In this document: positions 1 through 14,366 of the stretch, one piece after another
Numbering within the stretch: the stretch's first letter is position 1
How the letters are laid out: every line of letters starts with the position of its first letter
From: Eledone cirrhosa
Taxonomy: Eukaryota
Direction of reading: 5' to 3'
DNA: 64,000 nucleotides
Assembly (NCBI GenBank): GCA_964016885.1
Contig: OZ024740.1
Location: 347,944,001-348,008,000 of the forward strand
Made by a program: the position numbers and the translations under genes
The notes under the pieces: model-generated
Database searches by the model: none
The model's input: the letters and a program-made list of their open reading frames with translations, nothing else
What the model was told of the DNA's origin: nothing

Positions 1-1470
1 ACGGGGTCTATTTCTTCTAGGTCTATTTTCGTACTCTGTATAAGCTACCTTATCGAGAAATCCACTTCGAGCAAGAGCTTCATTGTAATAAGTGGAATGG
101 TCGTTGAAAATGCATTCGTTGGTGGAAAGACGGGAAAGCCTCAACGAAACGTTTTTTTACCAGGTTCTTGGTTATGCTGGCAGGATGGTTGGAATGCTTA
201 CTTATGTAATTAAGCGTATCATTCGGCTTTCTATACGGGTAATACAACCCATTCAGTAAATTGAGGGTAACGTCGAGGTAATTAACGACCGAGAGATTGG
301 CCTCAACCTGTATAGAGAGGTTGAAGCCTTTAAAGAAGGCAGTGAGTTCTTTTCTGAACCTGTCGCAAGCACGAGGTCCGCACTTAGTCATGGTCAAAAG
401 ACCATCGTCACGGTACAAACCACCGCCCGCGTTGGGGAATTCGTCCTTGATAGAGAAAAGAAGGAAAAGGCCAATAAGATCAGTAACCTCCGAAGAGTCA
501 CTGGCGCCCATACTCACGTCGAATGGGGTGCTATTGGATTTTTTAATCCAAATAGAGTCGTCGAAATTAATCACCGACTTTCGGGCATTAAGGATGACAT
601 CAACTTCGAAATCCTTAACCACTGTGAGTGTTTTAGCGAAATTGATAGCTCTAAGGAGAAGTGGTAAAGTGATGGAGGAGTAGTAATTGTTGATGTCGAA
701 TTGGATAAAACGGCAATGTTCCTTGTTACATATGCCGTTGAACCAATCAATCACCGCGAAGGAATTGTTCCACAGTGCGAGAGGGGCCAAACTTCTAATT
801 TCAGGTATAATTCTATCAAGAATCGTTTTACTAAGTCTACCTAAATCGGACTTCCTAGGGTTAATAAGCCGAATAGAGGGGTTGTTCGGAAAATTGGATT
901 TGTGATCCTTCAGGGTAAAGTGGGGAGAGATAGGGTCCAGAGGTTCGGTCCGGTCCAGGATGTTGAGATCAGATGTGATTTTAAACCCAGCATCGTTGAT
1001 TTCATTGATGACGCACTGATTAGTTTTACGTTAATCCTTAGTTACAGCATTATGTAGTAGTTGATGGTAAGTACTGCGTTCCACTTGATATAGGTTGCCA
1101 GTTTTGTCGGAATGGACGTGCACGGCGTTAGAATCCTTAATAGAACGAATTCTATTCTTCAGGTCTTGCTGGAAGGAATTGCTCCTATTCCGAAATTTGA
1201 TACTCCGAATGATTTCCAAGACATCATTTTCGAAGGGTAGCAATGCTGGGTTCCACGGAGGGTTATTATAGGTTTTAAATCCGAATTTATCCTGTTTGTT
1301 GTCTGCTTTTCGCGGATTATCGAAATAAAAGGCACGCCAACGCAACCTTTTAATGAACGCGTCTGTTTTCTGTATCAGGAGTTTTAGGTATGTTTTCCTG
1401 CTTGGTACGGGTATGTTCTTTGTAGAAATATTCAGATGTTGTTTCTGCATGATGAATATAAGTCAGTATA
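1..1470 (-). pseudogene. Penelope-like element RT ORF (Nematis-like), disrupted, runs off the window start
   Basis: ORFs 1031-1450 (STKNIPVP..RLRWRA) and 80-790 (QFDINNYY, MGASDS, GLYRDDGL, NYLDVTLNL, SNHP) are one frame split by TAA at 1031-1033. A frameshift in the T-run near 152-158 restores NVSLRLSRLSTNECIF..YYNEALARSGF. Confidence 0.9.
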
Positions 1471-1476
1471 ATATAC

Positions 1477-1695
<219 letters not shown>

Positions 1696-1823
1696 AAAGT
1701 TCTATTTAAAATTGTTGGGATACAACAAGTAAATATTTTTATAACTGATATAAAGCACTCGACAAGTGTTTGGAGTAGATATACGATATTAATAAATGGA
1801 AACTATATTTATAAAACCATAAT

Positions 1824-1888
1824 TATTTCATTATACATATTTCAGGGATACCAAATTAAATTATGGTATGCCTTCATCAGACAAAATA
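1824..1888 (-). ncRNA. Type I hammerhead ribozyme motif (family A)
   Basis: Reverse complement of the 2011-2075 motif. Confidence 0.8.
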
Positions 1889-2010
1889 CAATATATAACA
1901 GTTTTACAAATAAGCTTTGACGTACCCTTTTAAAATGCATGGCTTCCCAAAATAATGGTTGCATTTTAAAAGGGTACGTCAAAGCTTATTTGTAAAACTG
2001 TTATATATTG

Positions 2011-2075
2011 TATTTTGTCTGATGAAGGCATACCATAATTTAATTTGGTATCCCTGAAATATGTATAATGAAATA
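2011..2075 (+). ncRNA. Type I hammerhead ribozyme motif (family A)
   Basis: TATTTTGT-CTGATGA-AGGCATACCA..TGGTATCCCT-GAAAT-ATGT-ATA-ATGAAATA. Canonical core; stems I, II and III can pair. Confidence 0.8.
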
Positions 2076-2114
2076 AATATGGTTTTATAAATATAGTCTC
2101 CATTTATTAATATC

Positions 2115-2232
<118 letters not shown>

Positions 2233-2271
2233 TTATATATACATACATATATATATATATATACATACATA

Positions 2272-2374
<103 letters not shown>

Positions 2375-3017
2375 TGTAGATAAATCTACCAAAAGTTTAC
2401 GGTAGAGTCCAATTCGTATGGAGAACTCAATGTAATCCGGATATCATGAAAAGAGAAGATGCATTCAAAAACTACTTTCGGTGAAAAATAAACGGAAAAA
2501 CAGAGTCAAGATAAATTAATAAAATAATGAATAAACAAAGAAACAGTTCCTTATATTAAAAAAATTCATCATTTAACGATCGTTTCTAGGATATATATGT
2601 GTTAGAGTTGGTATGCATATTCTATAGATCTATGTACAATATTTATACAAACTATCAGAGGGAATATACATACCTACACATATATATGCTGTCTTCAGAA
2701 ATAATGATATTTGTTTATTGAAAATAACAAAGATTCAATACAATAGGTCTTTTTGGGAACAGGTTTTGAATTGACCAATCAGGAGATAGTGAGGGTCAAG
2801 ATAGTAATATAATAGTAGAAGAACCTTAAATTATGGGTAGAGGAAGGTAGATTTCAGATTGAAACAGTGAGATGTGTGTAAAGAATTATTACAAGTGAGT
2901 TTTACCGTTACTGTATAGGGAACAATATCCACAGGTTTAGCAATTAAATAGAAAAAAACTAAGTCAGAATCAAATCTCTGAATTGGAGTTTTAAATTACC
3001 AACCTTATAACTATAAG

Positions 3018-3048
<31 letters not shown>

Positions 3049-3249
3049 ATATTGTATAATGCAAAAACTTGAAACACAAATGGTAATATAATGCGAGTAT
3101 AATATAATATAAGTGTTAGTTTGTATTTGTACTAATGTGTATATGTATAGAGATATATGTATATATATACATATATTAAGCTTTTTATTATCACCATCTA
3201 TTATATTATATTATACTCGCATTATATTACCATTTGTGTCATTATTTAT

Positions 3250-4346
3250 GACACAAATGGTAATATAGGGCAGGTCCCATTTATGTCATTATTTACCATG
3301 TAAAATATCATGGTAAATAATGATATAAATGGGACCTGCCCCTTGTATAGGAGCAAATTTTGGAATAGAATAGAAAGAACTAGGAACAAGGCTAATAGAA
3401 TAAACTCATGGTATGATAGCAATAAATACCAGAGTGTAATGTTCATCGATACAACCCCTAGAGGGGAATTAGCTTACAAATTTAGAAGGGCCCTAAACAA
3501 ACATAAACTCAATATTAAGATAGTAGAAAGACCAGGTACCTCCGTAAAAACACTTATTAGCAAGACATACCCTTTTCAAAGACCCTCATGTATAGATAAG
3601 AAATGTATAACCTGTAAAATAAGCCCCCATATTAACTGTAAAACTAGAAATGTAGTGTATAGCATAAGATGTACTGAAGGACAATGTAGAGACAAAAATA
3701 TAGTGTACATAGGTGAGACAGCTCGTAGTGTAGGGGAACGGATAAATGAACACTGGCGAGACCTTCAAGATAGTAAAGAATCATCTGTACTCTACCAACA
3801 TGCTAAAATAGAACACAAGGGTAAATTAGAGAACATAGAAATAAAAATAGAATCTACACACAGAAAAGACGCAATGTTTAGACAAATTACAGAGGCAATA
3901 AACATAAAAGAATTACAAACAAAATTAAATAGAAAATATGAGTGGAACAGCAACATCAGAACTTACAATTAAGGACAAAATGAAAACACACACACACAGA
4001 ACAAACAACCAACCAGTAACATGTAAATAAACAAATAAATAAATGAACATAAACACACACAGACACCCGGATGTGGCGCATGCGCAGACTGAGTACACAA
4101 CACACACACAGAACAAAGGAGAGGCACAGAAACAAAGAAAGGAATCCCCAGTCACTAAAGAGGTCACAGAGTGTGTGACGAAAGAACTATGACAATATAT
4201 AAACAACAATCTGGTTGTGGAACCAACCAACCAACCAACCAGAAATTTATAAATTTATAAATTTATTATAAATTTATTATAATAAATTGAAGTGAAAGCA
4301 ACTGGTGCGTGTGTTTCTTATTGGCAATATGACCCTCCCAAAGTAT

Positions 4347-4352
<6 letters not shown>
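3250..4352 (+). mobile_element. 5'-truncated Penelope-like element with GIY-YIG endonuclease and short 5' inversion
   Basis: ORF 3310-3972 has a Cys-rich linker and NVVYSIRC..YIGETARSVGERINEH..HAKIEH..RQITEAINI..LNRKYEW. About 3268-3300 is inverted relative to 3309-3342. The 3' end abuts (TA)n. Confidence 0.85.
3310..3972 (+). CDS. GIY-YIG endonuclease domain of a PLE (partial, open frame)
   Basis: VVY..YIGET.R...R..EH and R...EA..I..LN signature. Confidence 0.8.
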   Translation: MVNNDINGTCPLYRSKFWNRIERTRNKANRINSWYDSNKYQSVMFIDTTPRGELAYKFRRALNKHKLNIKIVERPGTSVKTLISKTYPFQRPSCIDKKCITCKISPHINCKTRNVVYSIRCTEGQCRDKNIVYIGETARSVGERINEHWRDLQDSKESSVLYQHAKIEHKGKLENIEIKIESTHRKDAMFRQITEAINIKELQTKLNRKYEWNSNIRTYN

Positions 4353-4438
<86 letters not shown>

Positions 4439-4564
4439 TTAGGGTAAATATTGATGCAATTCAATTCAAGCACTCAACGTACTTATTCCACATAGGAGTG
4501 ACGGAGTAAATATCGAATAAGGAAAAGCGAAGTAGTTTCAGATGTTCAAGTCTTTAATAATAAT

Positions 4565-4638
4565 GCTGTGATATATATTTCAATGGCGACAGTGGTCACA
4601 CTGTTCCGTGGGCCAATGTCGCAACATCGTCAGACAGC
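4565..4638 (-). ncRNA. Type I hammerhead ribozyme motif with extended stem II
   Basis: Minus strand GCTGT-CTGACGA-(TGTTGCGACA..TGTCGCCATT)-GAAAT-ATAT-ATC-ACAGC. Perfect 5-bp stem I and canonical core. Confidence 0.85.
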
Positions 4639-5725
4639 TTGTTACATAATAAGGTTATGTTTCCGAGGCAATCCAAATTGAATCGTCATGGGAACGGACG
4701 AAGTGTGTGCTCTTGGGTTCTTCGTCCATTCCCCTGTGAGTACCAATTCACCCCACCGGTCTGCGTAGGCGCAGGTCCGTAGAAAGTTGACCATTAGCTA
4801 CCGCAGATTACAACGAAATTCGCTTAGTCAGTTCCCCCTCTCAGCCAAACAATGACCCATTCAAGGCCTGTAATATAGCTTACTGCTACCCATCCCGTCT
4901 GTGGCTGTCAGTCGAAAGCCAGTGGGGATGGGAGAGTGTGAGTATCCACAGGTCTGAATACTACCTGTCATTAAGCATGGACAGTATAATTGACCATCAA
5001 CCTCTAAGAGAAAATATACTTAATTCTATGTATCATGGTTTCACGGTGGAAGTTATGAATGAGAGTTGGGAATTAAAATTTAAAATCCAAAATCAGAAAT
5101 CAAATATTAAATATCAAAAATTAGAAATTAAAAATTAGTACTTTTTCAAGTGGGAATCTGGATTGAGGCGAGTAAAAAAATATAGATTGAAGTGAGTAAA
5201 TAATATGCAGAGAGATATTTAAGTAAGAAGTTTTGAAATGGGTATTAATGTTGCGGTTATATTATCTATATACTGAACGATAGCACCGTAGAGTAGACCG
5301 GAGGGTAAATTACGGTATGAAAGGTAGTAGTTAGTCGGGTACATAGCTAGAATTTCCATCACATGGAACAGAACAGAAAAAAAAAAAACGATATAACGTA
5401 CACAAAAGAAAAAAACCAATTAATGAATAAATGCAAAAACACATAGAGTACATATATGCAAAAAGAGATAGATGATCACTATGATTGTCAATTTGTCCAT
5501 GTATAGATTGAATTGAGGGGGCTTCTGTTCAAATGCGATTTGGTGCAGGAAAATAGGGGCTTATCCTTGTTTTTGTTTCCGCGTATTTATCCTGCCGAAA
5601 GGTATTATTATGTCCGTCCAGTATCAGAGGTTTCCATCCCCATGGTAGGGGGGATTTCCGGGTGTAGCTCGTGGCTGGTTCCTCTGTTCTCCACCATATC
5701 GGTTACATCATAGAGCGCTCTACAT

Positions 5726-5951
5726 AGGGCGGTGGATTGGCAGTATCGGTAGAGTCTCGGACACCATGCATTGACGCATAGAGTTACGGCCCTTACCATT
5801 CTGGGTTCAAATCCCGCCGAGGTTAACTTTGCCTTTCATCCTTACGGGGTCGATAAAATAAAGTACCAGTGACGCACTGGAGTCGATTTAATCGATTTTC
5901 CCTCCTCACAAAATTGCTGGCCTTGTGTCTATATAAGAAACAATTATTATT
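5726..5951 (+). mobile_element. tRNA-derived SINE with Nin-like central domain
   Basis: A-box-like TGGCAGTATCGG, B-box GGTTCAAATCC, core GCCTTTCATCCTTACGGGGTCGATAAAATAAAGTACCAG, ATT tail. Multiple copies in the window. Confidence 0.85.
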
Positions 5952-6008
5952 AGAAGACTTGAAATCTGAAACTACTTCGGTTTTCCTTATTCTCTCTATA
6001 TATATATG

Positions 6009-6052
<44 letters not shown>

Positions 6053-6177
6053 ATATTATACATATATATAACTTTAATAGGTTTCGACCAGTATTGACCC
6101 AGGCCATGTCTAACTTAATAGTACCACCTGGCGAAGTCTTACAAATCAGTGTTTGGGCACAATTGCCCACTAGAGCA

Positions 6178-6235
<58 letters not shown>

Positions 6236-6424
6236 ATATTATATATATATATATGTATATTATATATATATGTATATATATTTACATATATAAATATATA
6301 TATATAATATACATATATATTATATATATATAATATACATATATAATATATATATAAGTTTTAATATAGATGAGATTCTACAGGACTAGAACTGTGGTTT
6401 ACCTCCGATTCAACCCGGAATAAC

Positions 6425-6499
<75 letters not shown>

Positions 6500-6528
6500 T
6501 ACATATATATATATTATATATATATATG

Positions 6529-6566
<38 letters not shown>

Positions 6567-6621
6567 TATATATATATATATATATCTATATATATATATA
6601 TATATATATATCTACATAGAT

Positions 6622-6915
<294 letters not shown>

Positions 6916-7489
6916 ATTGTTTCTACATACAACCACATACATATATACATACATATATACCATACAACCACATACATATATACAACCACACACACATATA
7001 TACACACACATATATAGAAATATAAATATATATATATATATGCGTGAACATACACATACATAGCTATACACACATATATATACATACATACATACATACA
7101 CACAATCATACCTTTATACACACGTACATACATACACATACATAAATGCATACATATGCATGCATAAAATTAGAAAAATATACACACACCACTACATATT
7201 CACACACGCAAATAAATATAAGAAAAAATATATATAAAAAATAATAAAAGAAAATACAGACTGTTATAAAGTGGACAGCGATACAGGCAACAAATAAATG
7301 AATAAACACACGTGGTAAGCAATACACACAAATGCACGTACACATACATACGTAAAAATAAATACATACACACACTCTCAAACATAAATATACATATACA
7401 AATACATAAACACATACATACGCATACACAAATACATACACAAACACACACACACACATATACATACATACACACACACATACATACAC

Positions 7490-7534
<45 letters not shown>

Positions 7535-7770
7535 CATATATATACGTATATACATACATATATATACACACACAAAATACATAGCCATACAATTATACAC
7601 ATACAAATACGTACATATCACAAACACGCACAGCCAAATACAAACACACACACATATATATATGTGTGTAAAACTCAATCTTAGATAATTCATATGAACC
7701 TTATTTAACTCCAAAATATACATATACATATATATATAGTTATGTAATAAACAACATAAGGCAATTATTC

Positions 7771-7824
7771 CATTTACCAGTGGTTTCTTAAAAGCAAAAA
7801 ATGTTGCCTTCAATCATCAGAATG
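7771..7824 (-). ncRNA. Type I hammerhead ribozyme motif (family B)
   Basis: CATT-CTGATGA-TTGAAGGCAA..TTGCTTTTAA-GAAAC-CACTG-GTA-AATG. Confidence 0.85.
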
Positions 7825-8076
7825 AAAAACTCCTGGTCTATCTATATATATATATATTCATACATATATATATATATATACACATACACATACATACACA
7901 TACATTTTAGTATGTGAAGGGTAAGGCAAAAAAATAGGGGGGAAAAGGAAGTGGGGAAATGACATAGGAAAAGGTTAAATATAAGGAGAGATAAGGGAGA
8001 AAGAGAATACAAGAGTACAGAACGTGGATTCAGCAGGTAAAAAAACCGTAGTAGAAGTAAAGAGCAGGAAAGGAGT

Positions 8077-8595
8077 TCAAGGCGGTTGATTTATCATAGG
8101 AATGTCAATCCAGTTACAGATCAGATGTGATTTCAGATGAGGACAACATCTGAAGATCTCGGTCTTTGAGTTCAGGCAAGCAGAAGTGGCTCTCAAGTTT
8201 AACAAAATCCTATATTTTTCTGTGGTACACAAAGAACAATTCTTTGTGCCCCTTTGGTACTCCCTCGAATGGTATAAAATAGACCAATCGATAGAGTACG
8301 GCATGTTATTATCCTTGAATTCCCACACCTTACTTGCGAGGGCCGTTGTTGTTCGTTTATCGGAGTGCTTAAAAGAAGCGACATGTGAGTAAAACCTGGT
8401 TTTAAACCTGTCCTGGGTCATGCCGACATATCGCTCACTCCTGGCTGGCTGGTTGTTGATTAACGGTGTTATTTTAGCCTCATAAACAACAGATTTGGTG
8501 TTACATTTGCCCTGTAATGGGCATTCATCCGGCTTCCTGCAACTGCATCCTGGATTTGTTCTCGTATGATTTGAACTAGTGATCTTGGACTTCAT
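8077..8595 (-). CDS. GIY-YIG endonuclease domain of a PLE (partial)
   Basis: CSC..CPL..C..VVY..YVG motif plus conserved C-terminal Cys/His residues. Confidence 0.8.
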   Translation of the reverse strand: MKSKITSSNHTRTNPGCSCRKPDECPLQGKCNTKSVVYEAKITPLINNQPARSERYVGMTQDRFKTRFYSHVASFKHSDKRTTTALASKVWEFKDNNMPYSIDWSILYHSREYQRGTKNCSLCTTEKYRILLNLRATSACLNSKTEIFRCCPHLKSHLICNWIDIPMINQPP

Positions 8596-9078
8596 AGATG
8601 AGCAACAAGATTAACTGATCTTAACTACGTTCCTATTAAATATCTTATAATATCTATGATTAGGAGGAAAATGTTTATCTAAGAGTTCAAGGAATTTCCT
8701 TCCTACATTAGTTTTGACAGTTAGTGAGAAGGGGGCTGTGAACCAAATAATTTTCCTTTTCCTGTTATTGTGGTTAGTTTTGGGGGGGGGATAGGTAAAT
8801 AAATATTTTTTTATATATATTATTTCTTATATTTATTTGCGTGTATGAATATGTAGAGGTGTGTGTATATTTTTCTAATTTTATGCATACACATGTATGC
8901 ATTTATGTATGTGTATGTATGTAGGTGTGTATATAGGTATGATTGTGTGTATGTATGTATGTATGTATGTATGTATGTATGTATGTATGTATGTATTATG
9001 TATGTATGTATGTATGTATGTATGTATGTATGTATGTATGTATATGTATGTGTGTATAGCTATGTATGTGTATGTGTA

Positions 9079-9109
<31 letters not shown>

Positions 9110-9275
9110 TTCTATTTCTATATATATGTGTGTATATATGTGTGTGTGGTTGTATATATGTATGTGGTTGTATGGATATGTTGATACTTATGTTTGTATG
9201 TATGTATGTGTATATGTATGTGTATGTGTGTATATATATACACATATATATGTGTATATGTGTGTATGTATGAGT

Positions 9276-9317
<42 letters not shown>

Positions 9318-9318
9318 A

Positions 9319-9361
<43 letters not shown>

Positions 9362-9506
9362 ATGTATATAATTGTGTGTGTGTGTGTGTTTGCATGTGTG
9401 TTTTTATTTAATTTTTCCTTTCTTTCTTCCTTCTCCAGCCTCACTTTCATATAGATTGCATTTTTGTTTTTAGAATCCAATATCAATAAATAGACCAGGA
9501 TTTTTT

Positions 9507-9556
9507 CATTCTGATGAAAGCAAAATTCTTTGCTTTTAAGAAACCACTGGTAAATG
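9507..9556 (+). ncRNA. Type I hammerhead ribozyme motif (family B)
   Basis: CATT-CTGATGA-AAGCAAA..TTTGCTTTTAA-GAAAC-CACTG-GTA-AATG. Confidence 0.8.
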
Positions 9557-9652
9557 GAATAATTGCCTTATGTTGTTTATTACATAACTATTAAGCTCTG
9601 TTACCTACATAGGGCACGCTTTTTTCCTGGACTTTTCCGACGGAATTACTTC

Positions 9653-9762
<110 letters not shown>

Positions 9763-9828
9763 ATATATATATATATTATATAAATATATTATATATATAT
9801 ATCTATATATATATATATAATATATATA

Positions 9829-9952
<124 letters not shown>

Positions 9953-9986
9953 GAAGTAATTCCGTCGTATATAATATATATATATA

Positions 9987-10052
<66 letters not shown>

Positions 10053-10135
10053 TATATATATATATTATATATATATATATTATATATATTATATATTATA
10101 TATATTATATATAGGCAATTATTTCAGTTTTTTTT

Positions 10136-10186
10136 CATTCTGATGATTGAAAGCAACATTTGTTTGCTTTTAAGAAACCACTGGTA
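10136..10186 (+). ncRNA. Hammerhead motif (family B) truncated at the GTA cleavage triplet
   Basis: CATT-CTGATGA..GAAAC-CACTG-GTA, then directly TA-rich repeat. Confidence 0.7.
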
Positions 10187-10304
10187 TATTATATATATAT
10201 ATATATATTATATATATATATTATATATATATATAATGTATATACATATAATATATATATGTATATATATAATATATATATATATATTATATATATATAA
10301 TATA

Positions 10305-10335
<31 letters not shown>

Positions 10336-10336
<1 letters not shown>

Positions 10337-10720
10337 GCAAAAGTTCTATTTAAATTGTTGGGATACAACAAGTAAATATTTTTATAACTGATATAAAGCA
10401 CTCGACAAGTATCTGGAGTAGATATACGATATTAATAAATGGAAACTCTATTTATAAAACCATATTTATTACATTATACATATTTCAGGGATACCAAATT
10501 AAATTATGGTATGCCTTCATCAGACAAAATACAATATATAACATTTTTACAAATAAGATGGCCTCCAAAAATAATGGTCGCATTTTAAAAGGGTACGTCA
10601 AAGCTTATTTGTAAAACTGTTATATATTGTATTTTGTCTGATGAAGGCATACCATAATTTAATTTGGTATCCCTGAAATATGTATAATGAAATAAATATG
10701 GTTTTCATTTATTAATATCG

Positions 10721-10722
<2 letters not shown>
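10336..10722. mobile_element. Second copy of the fold-back unit, with hammerheads at 10467-10531 (-) and 10630-10694 (+)
   Basis: Matches 1692-2116 including its ends and loop region, with small deletions. Confidence 0.8.
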
Positions 10723-11308
<586 letters not shown>

Positions 11309-11327
11309 AAAGTTCTATTTAAATTGT

Positions 11328-11508
11328 TGGCAGTATCGGTAGAGGGTCGGACGCCATGCTTTGACGCATATAGTTACGGCCCTTGCGATTCTGAGTTCAA
11401 ATCCCGCCGAGGTTAACTTTGCCTTTCATCCTTACGGGGTCGATAAAATAAAGTACCAGTAATACACTGGGATAATCACTGGCCTTGTGCCAAAAGTAGA
11501 AACAATTA
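11328..11508 (+). mobile_element. SINE (same family as 5726)
   Basis: A box, B box, core and tail. Confidence 0.85.
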
Positions 11509-11533
11509 TATATATATAATATATATTATGTAT

Positions 11534-11565
<32 letters not shown>

Positions 11566-11756
11566 ATATATATATTTTTTATGTATATATATATATAATA
11601 TATATATTATATATATTATATATATTATATATATATATATAATATATATATATATTATATATATTATATATATATATATATAATATATATATATATAATA
11701 TATATATATAATATATATAATATATATATTATATATATATATTTATATATATATAT

Positions 11757-12557
11757 AAAACGAAAAAAAGATGAAATCGAAAACGCAACCGGAGTCTTAT
11801 TAAAAAAAAAATATATATATTTATTTGGTTCCTTTACCGGTTTCTCAGTTCTTCTGCTTTTCAAAAGTAGAGTTGAGATGGAAGGTCTGTGGTTTTTCTC
11901 AAATCTGGTTGGACTTTGAATGTTACTTGTTTTATTATATATATATGTATATTATATATATATGTATATATAATATACTTCACTCATATATGAAAAAACA
12001 ACCTGCTATATTCACTGAACCAGAACAATTCTCCCTTCCCATTTCTCTTGTCCATTATCTTTTGTTTGTCATAAAATTCTCTAAAAGGCTACAAAATAAA
12101 TTCCCAAACACCGGCGCGAAATTTAATGAACTTGTTCACGTGTCAATAATAATTTCATTTATAACGAATCAAATTTCATTTATTAAAAAAAAAGCCTTCA
12201 TGAGCCCCTTTTTTTAAGTAAAAAGAAATTCAAACACTCATATAAGAAAAAACAACCTGAGCCCCACCCCTGGTTTGAAGAACTTTGTAACGCGAACTGG
12301 CGCGAAATTTATTATACTTATTGACCAACCAATCAAATTACTTCTCTAAAAACCTGGCGTTTCGAGCCACATTTTTTCCATATAAAACAAGTAACATTCA
12401 AAGACCAACCATATGTGAGAAAAATCACAGACCCTCTATCTCAACTATACTTTTGAAAAGCAGAAGAACTGCGAAACCAGTAAAGGAACCAAATAAATAT
12501 ATATATTTTAAAAAAAATAAGACTCCAGTTGCATTTTCGATTTCTTCTTGTTTTCTT
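11757..12557. mobile_element. Inverted-repeat element with hammerhead-like motifs at 11832-11867 (-) and 12450-12485 (+)
   Basis: About 11757-11935 is a diverged reverse complement of about 12380-12557. Motif CTT-TTGAAAA-GCAG-AAGAA-CTGC-GAAAC..GTA-AAG. Confidence 0.65.
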
Positions 12558-12625
12558 TATACTTTCACTCGTGTAGGACACCTCGGTTATTTTTCATTTT
12601 GTAAAAAAAAATAAAATAACCTCAC

Positions 12626-12701
<76 letters not shown>

Positions 12702-12760
12702 TATATATATATTATATATATATATATAATATATATATATATTATATATATATATATATA

Positions 12761-12917
<157 letters not shown>

Positions 12918-13965
12918 GCAGAGACTGGTTATGTTAAAAGTAACATAACACTTAGAACTATCTCAAATGGTTTCTTGAAATCTTTTTTATGTTATTCTAT
13001 TTAGCAAAGCTTTTGTGTTCCTTCCTCATAGGTTTAAGTGATATTCAAACTACAAAATGTTTGGCAACTGTCAGAGAAGCGGAATTTATGTTTAGAGTTA
13101 ATAGCCTTTTAAAATCCGCCAAAAATTGTTTTCATCTTTTTATTTTGAATATGAAAATCAATATTACAAAGCTTTTGCAATAATTAACGTTTGGTTTATA
13201 TGCATCTGATGTAGAAACGTATTTCATGATTTGTTTTCTCGTATGAAATATTGATTTCACCCAAATGATAGACTAACCCTGTACACTAACCACAGTCGTA
13301 TCGCAATTAGAAAGAAATTCACAGTTGTACGAAAATTAGTGGCAGGTTTGTCAATATAAGTAAATGGCGAATTTACAATCCAACTTACCAGCACTTTACA
13401 AATACAATCGCTAAACGTTAAAATAAAAATACCTAAGTTGTTTCTAATGCTCATGATGTCGTACTCACCATAATGAGAATGATGATGATGAAAATTATGA
13501 TAACAAATGTTGTTGAATGAAGTATTTTGGTGTTTCATATTCAATAACTACATGGGTTTATCCCATCCATATGTAACAACATCAAGTAACATAGATAACA
13601 TACTCGTCAACAGTTAGCTGTATGCACAAATTTCTAATAACATATGTAAATATACAGTATATAGTAAGTCTGTGTCGCTTGAGCGTTGAATATTTCTCCA
13701 GGCTCACAACGCTCTGAGTTTAGATTTAGCTGAGGTTATTTCCCTTTTATCCCTTCAGATTATCTAGTGTTTGTATGAGACTCATTTCTTCCAGCTGTTT
13801 TATCCTAGATGTTAGACTGAACCAACAAGGTATCACCTCAGGTAAAAGCACTGGACATATCAAGTCATTTGTGATTTCTAATGACGACCGTAGTAGACAA
13901 TGTTAATGAATTTCAGTTTTTGGATTGACACTTAAACTAACCGTTTTCTACATATTGTTATTGAT

Positions 13966-14366
13966 ATTCTGTTGTCCTAGTGAACTTACGTATTCAAATA
14001 TTACAGTTATTATTTTGGATCATATATCAATAAAAATAATTGTTTCTACTTTTGGCACGAGGCCAGCAAATTTCCTAGTGTATTACTGGCGCTTTATTTT
14101 ATCGACCCCGTAAGGATGAAAGGCAGTTAACCACGGCGGGATTTGAACGCAGACCAAGAGTTACTGCCCTTTATGGTCTGAGCTCAAATCCCGCCGAGGT
14201 TAACTTTACCTTTCATCCTTATGGGGTCGATAAAATAAAGCACCAGTAATACACTTGGATAATTGCTGGCCTTGTGCCAAAAGTAGAAACAATTATTTTT
14301 ATTGATATATGATCCCAAATAATAACTGTAATATTTGAATACGTAAGTTCACTAGGACAACAGAAT
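13966..14366. repeat. About 400-bp palindrome of two divergently oriented 5'-truncated SINEs, each with the same ~70-bp 3' flank
   Basis: About 13966-14150 is the reverse complement of about 14180-14366. Confidence 0.85.

Noticed and set aside
297-905. Plus-strand ORFs opposite the RT (also 19062-20066 and 20754-20981)
   Set aside because: Antisense shadows of PLE coding sequence.
5726-5830. tRNA gene
   Set aside because: The A and B boxes belong to a SINE head; no complete cloverleaf.
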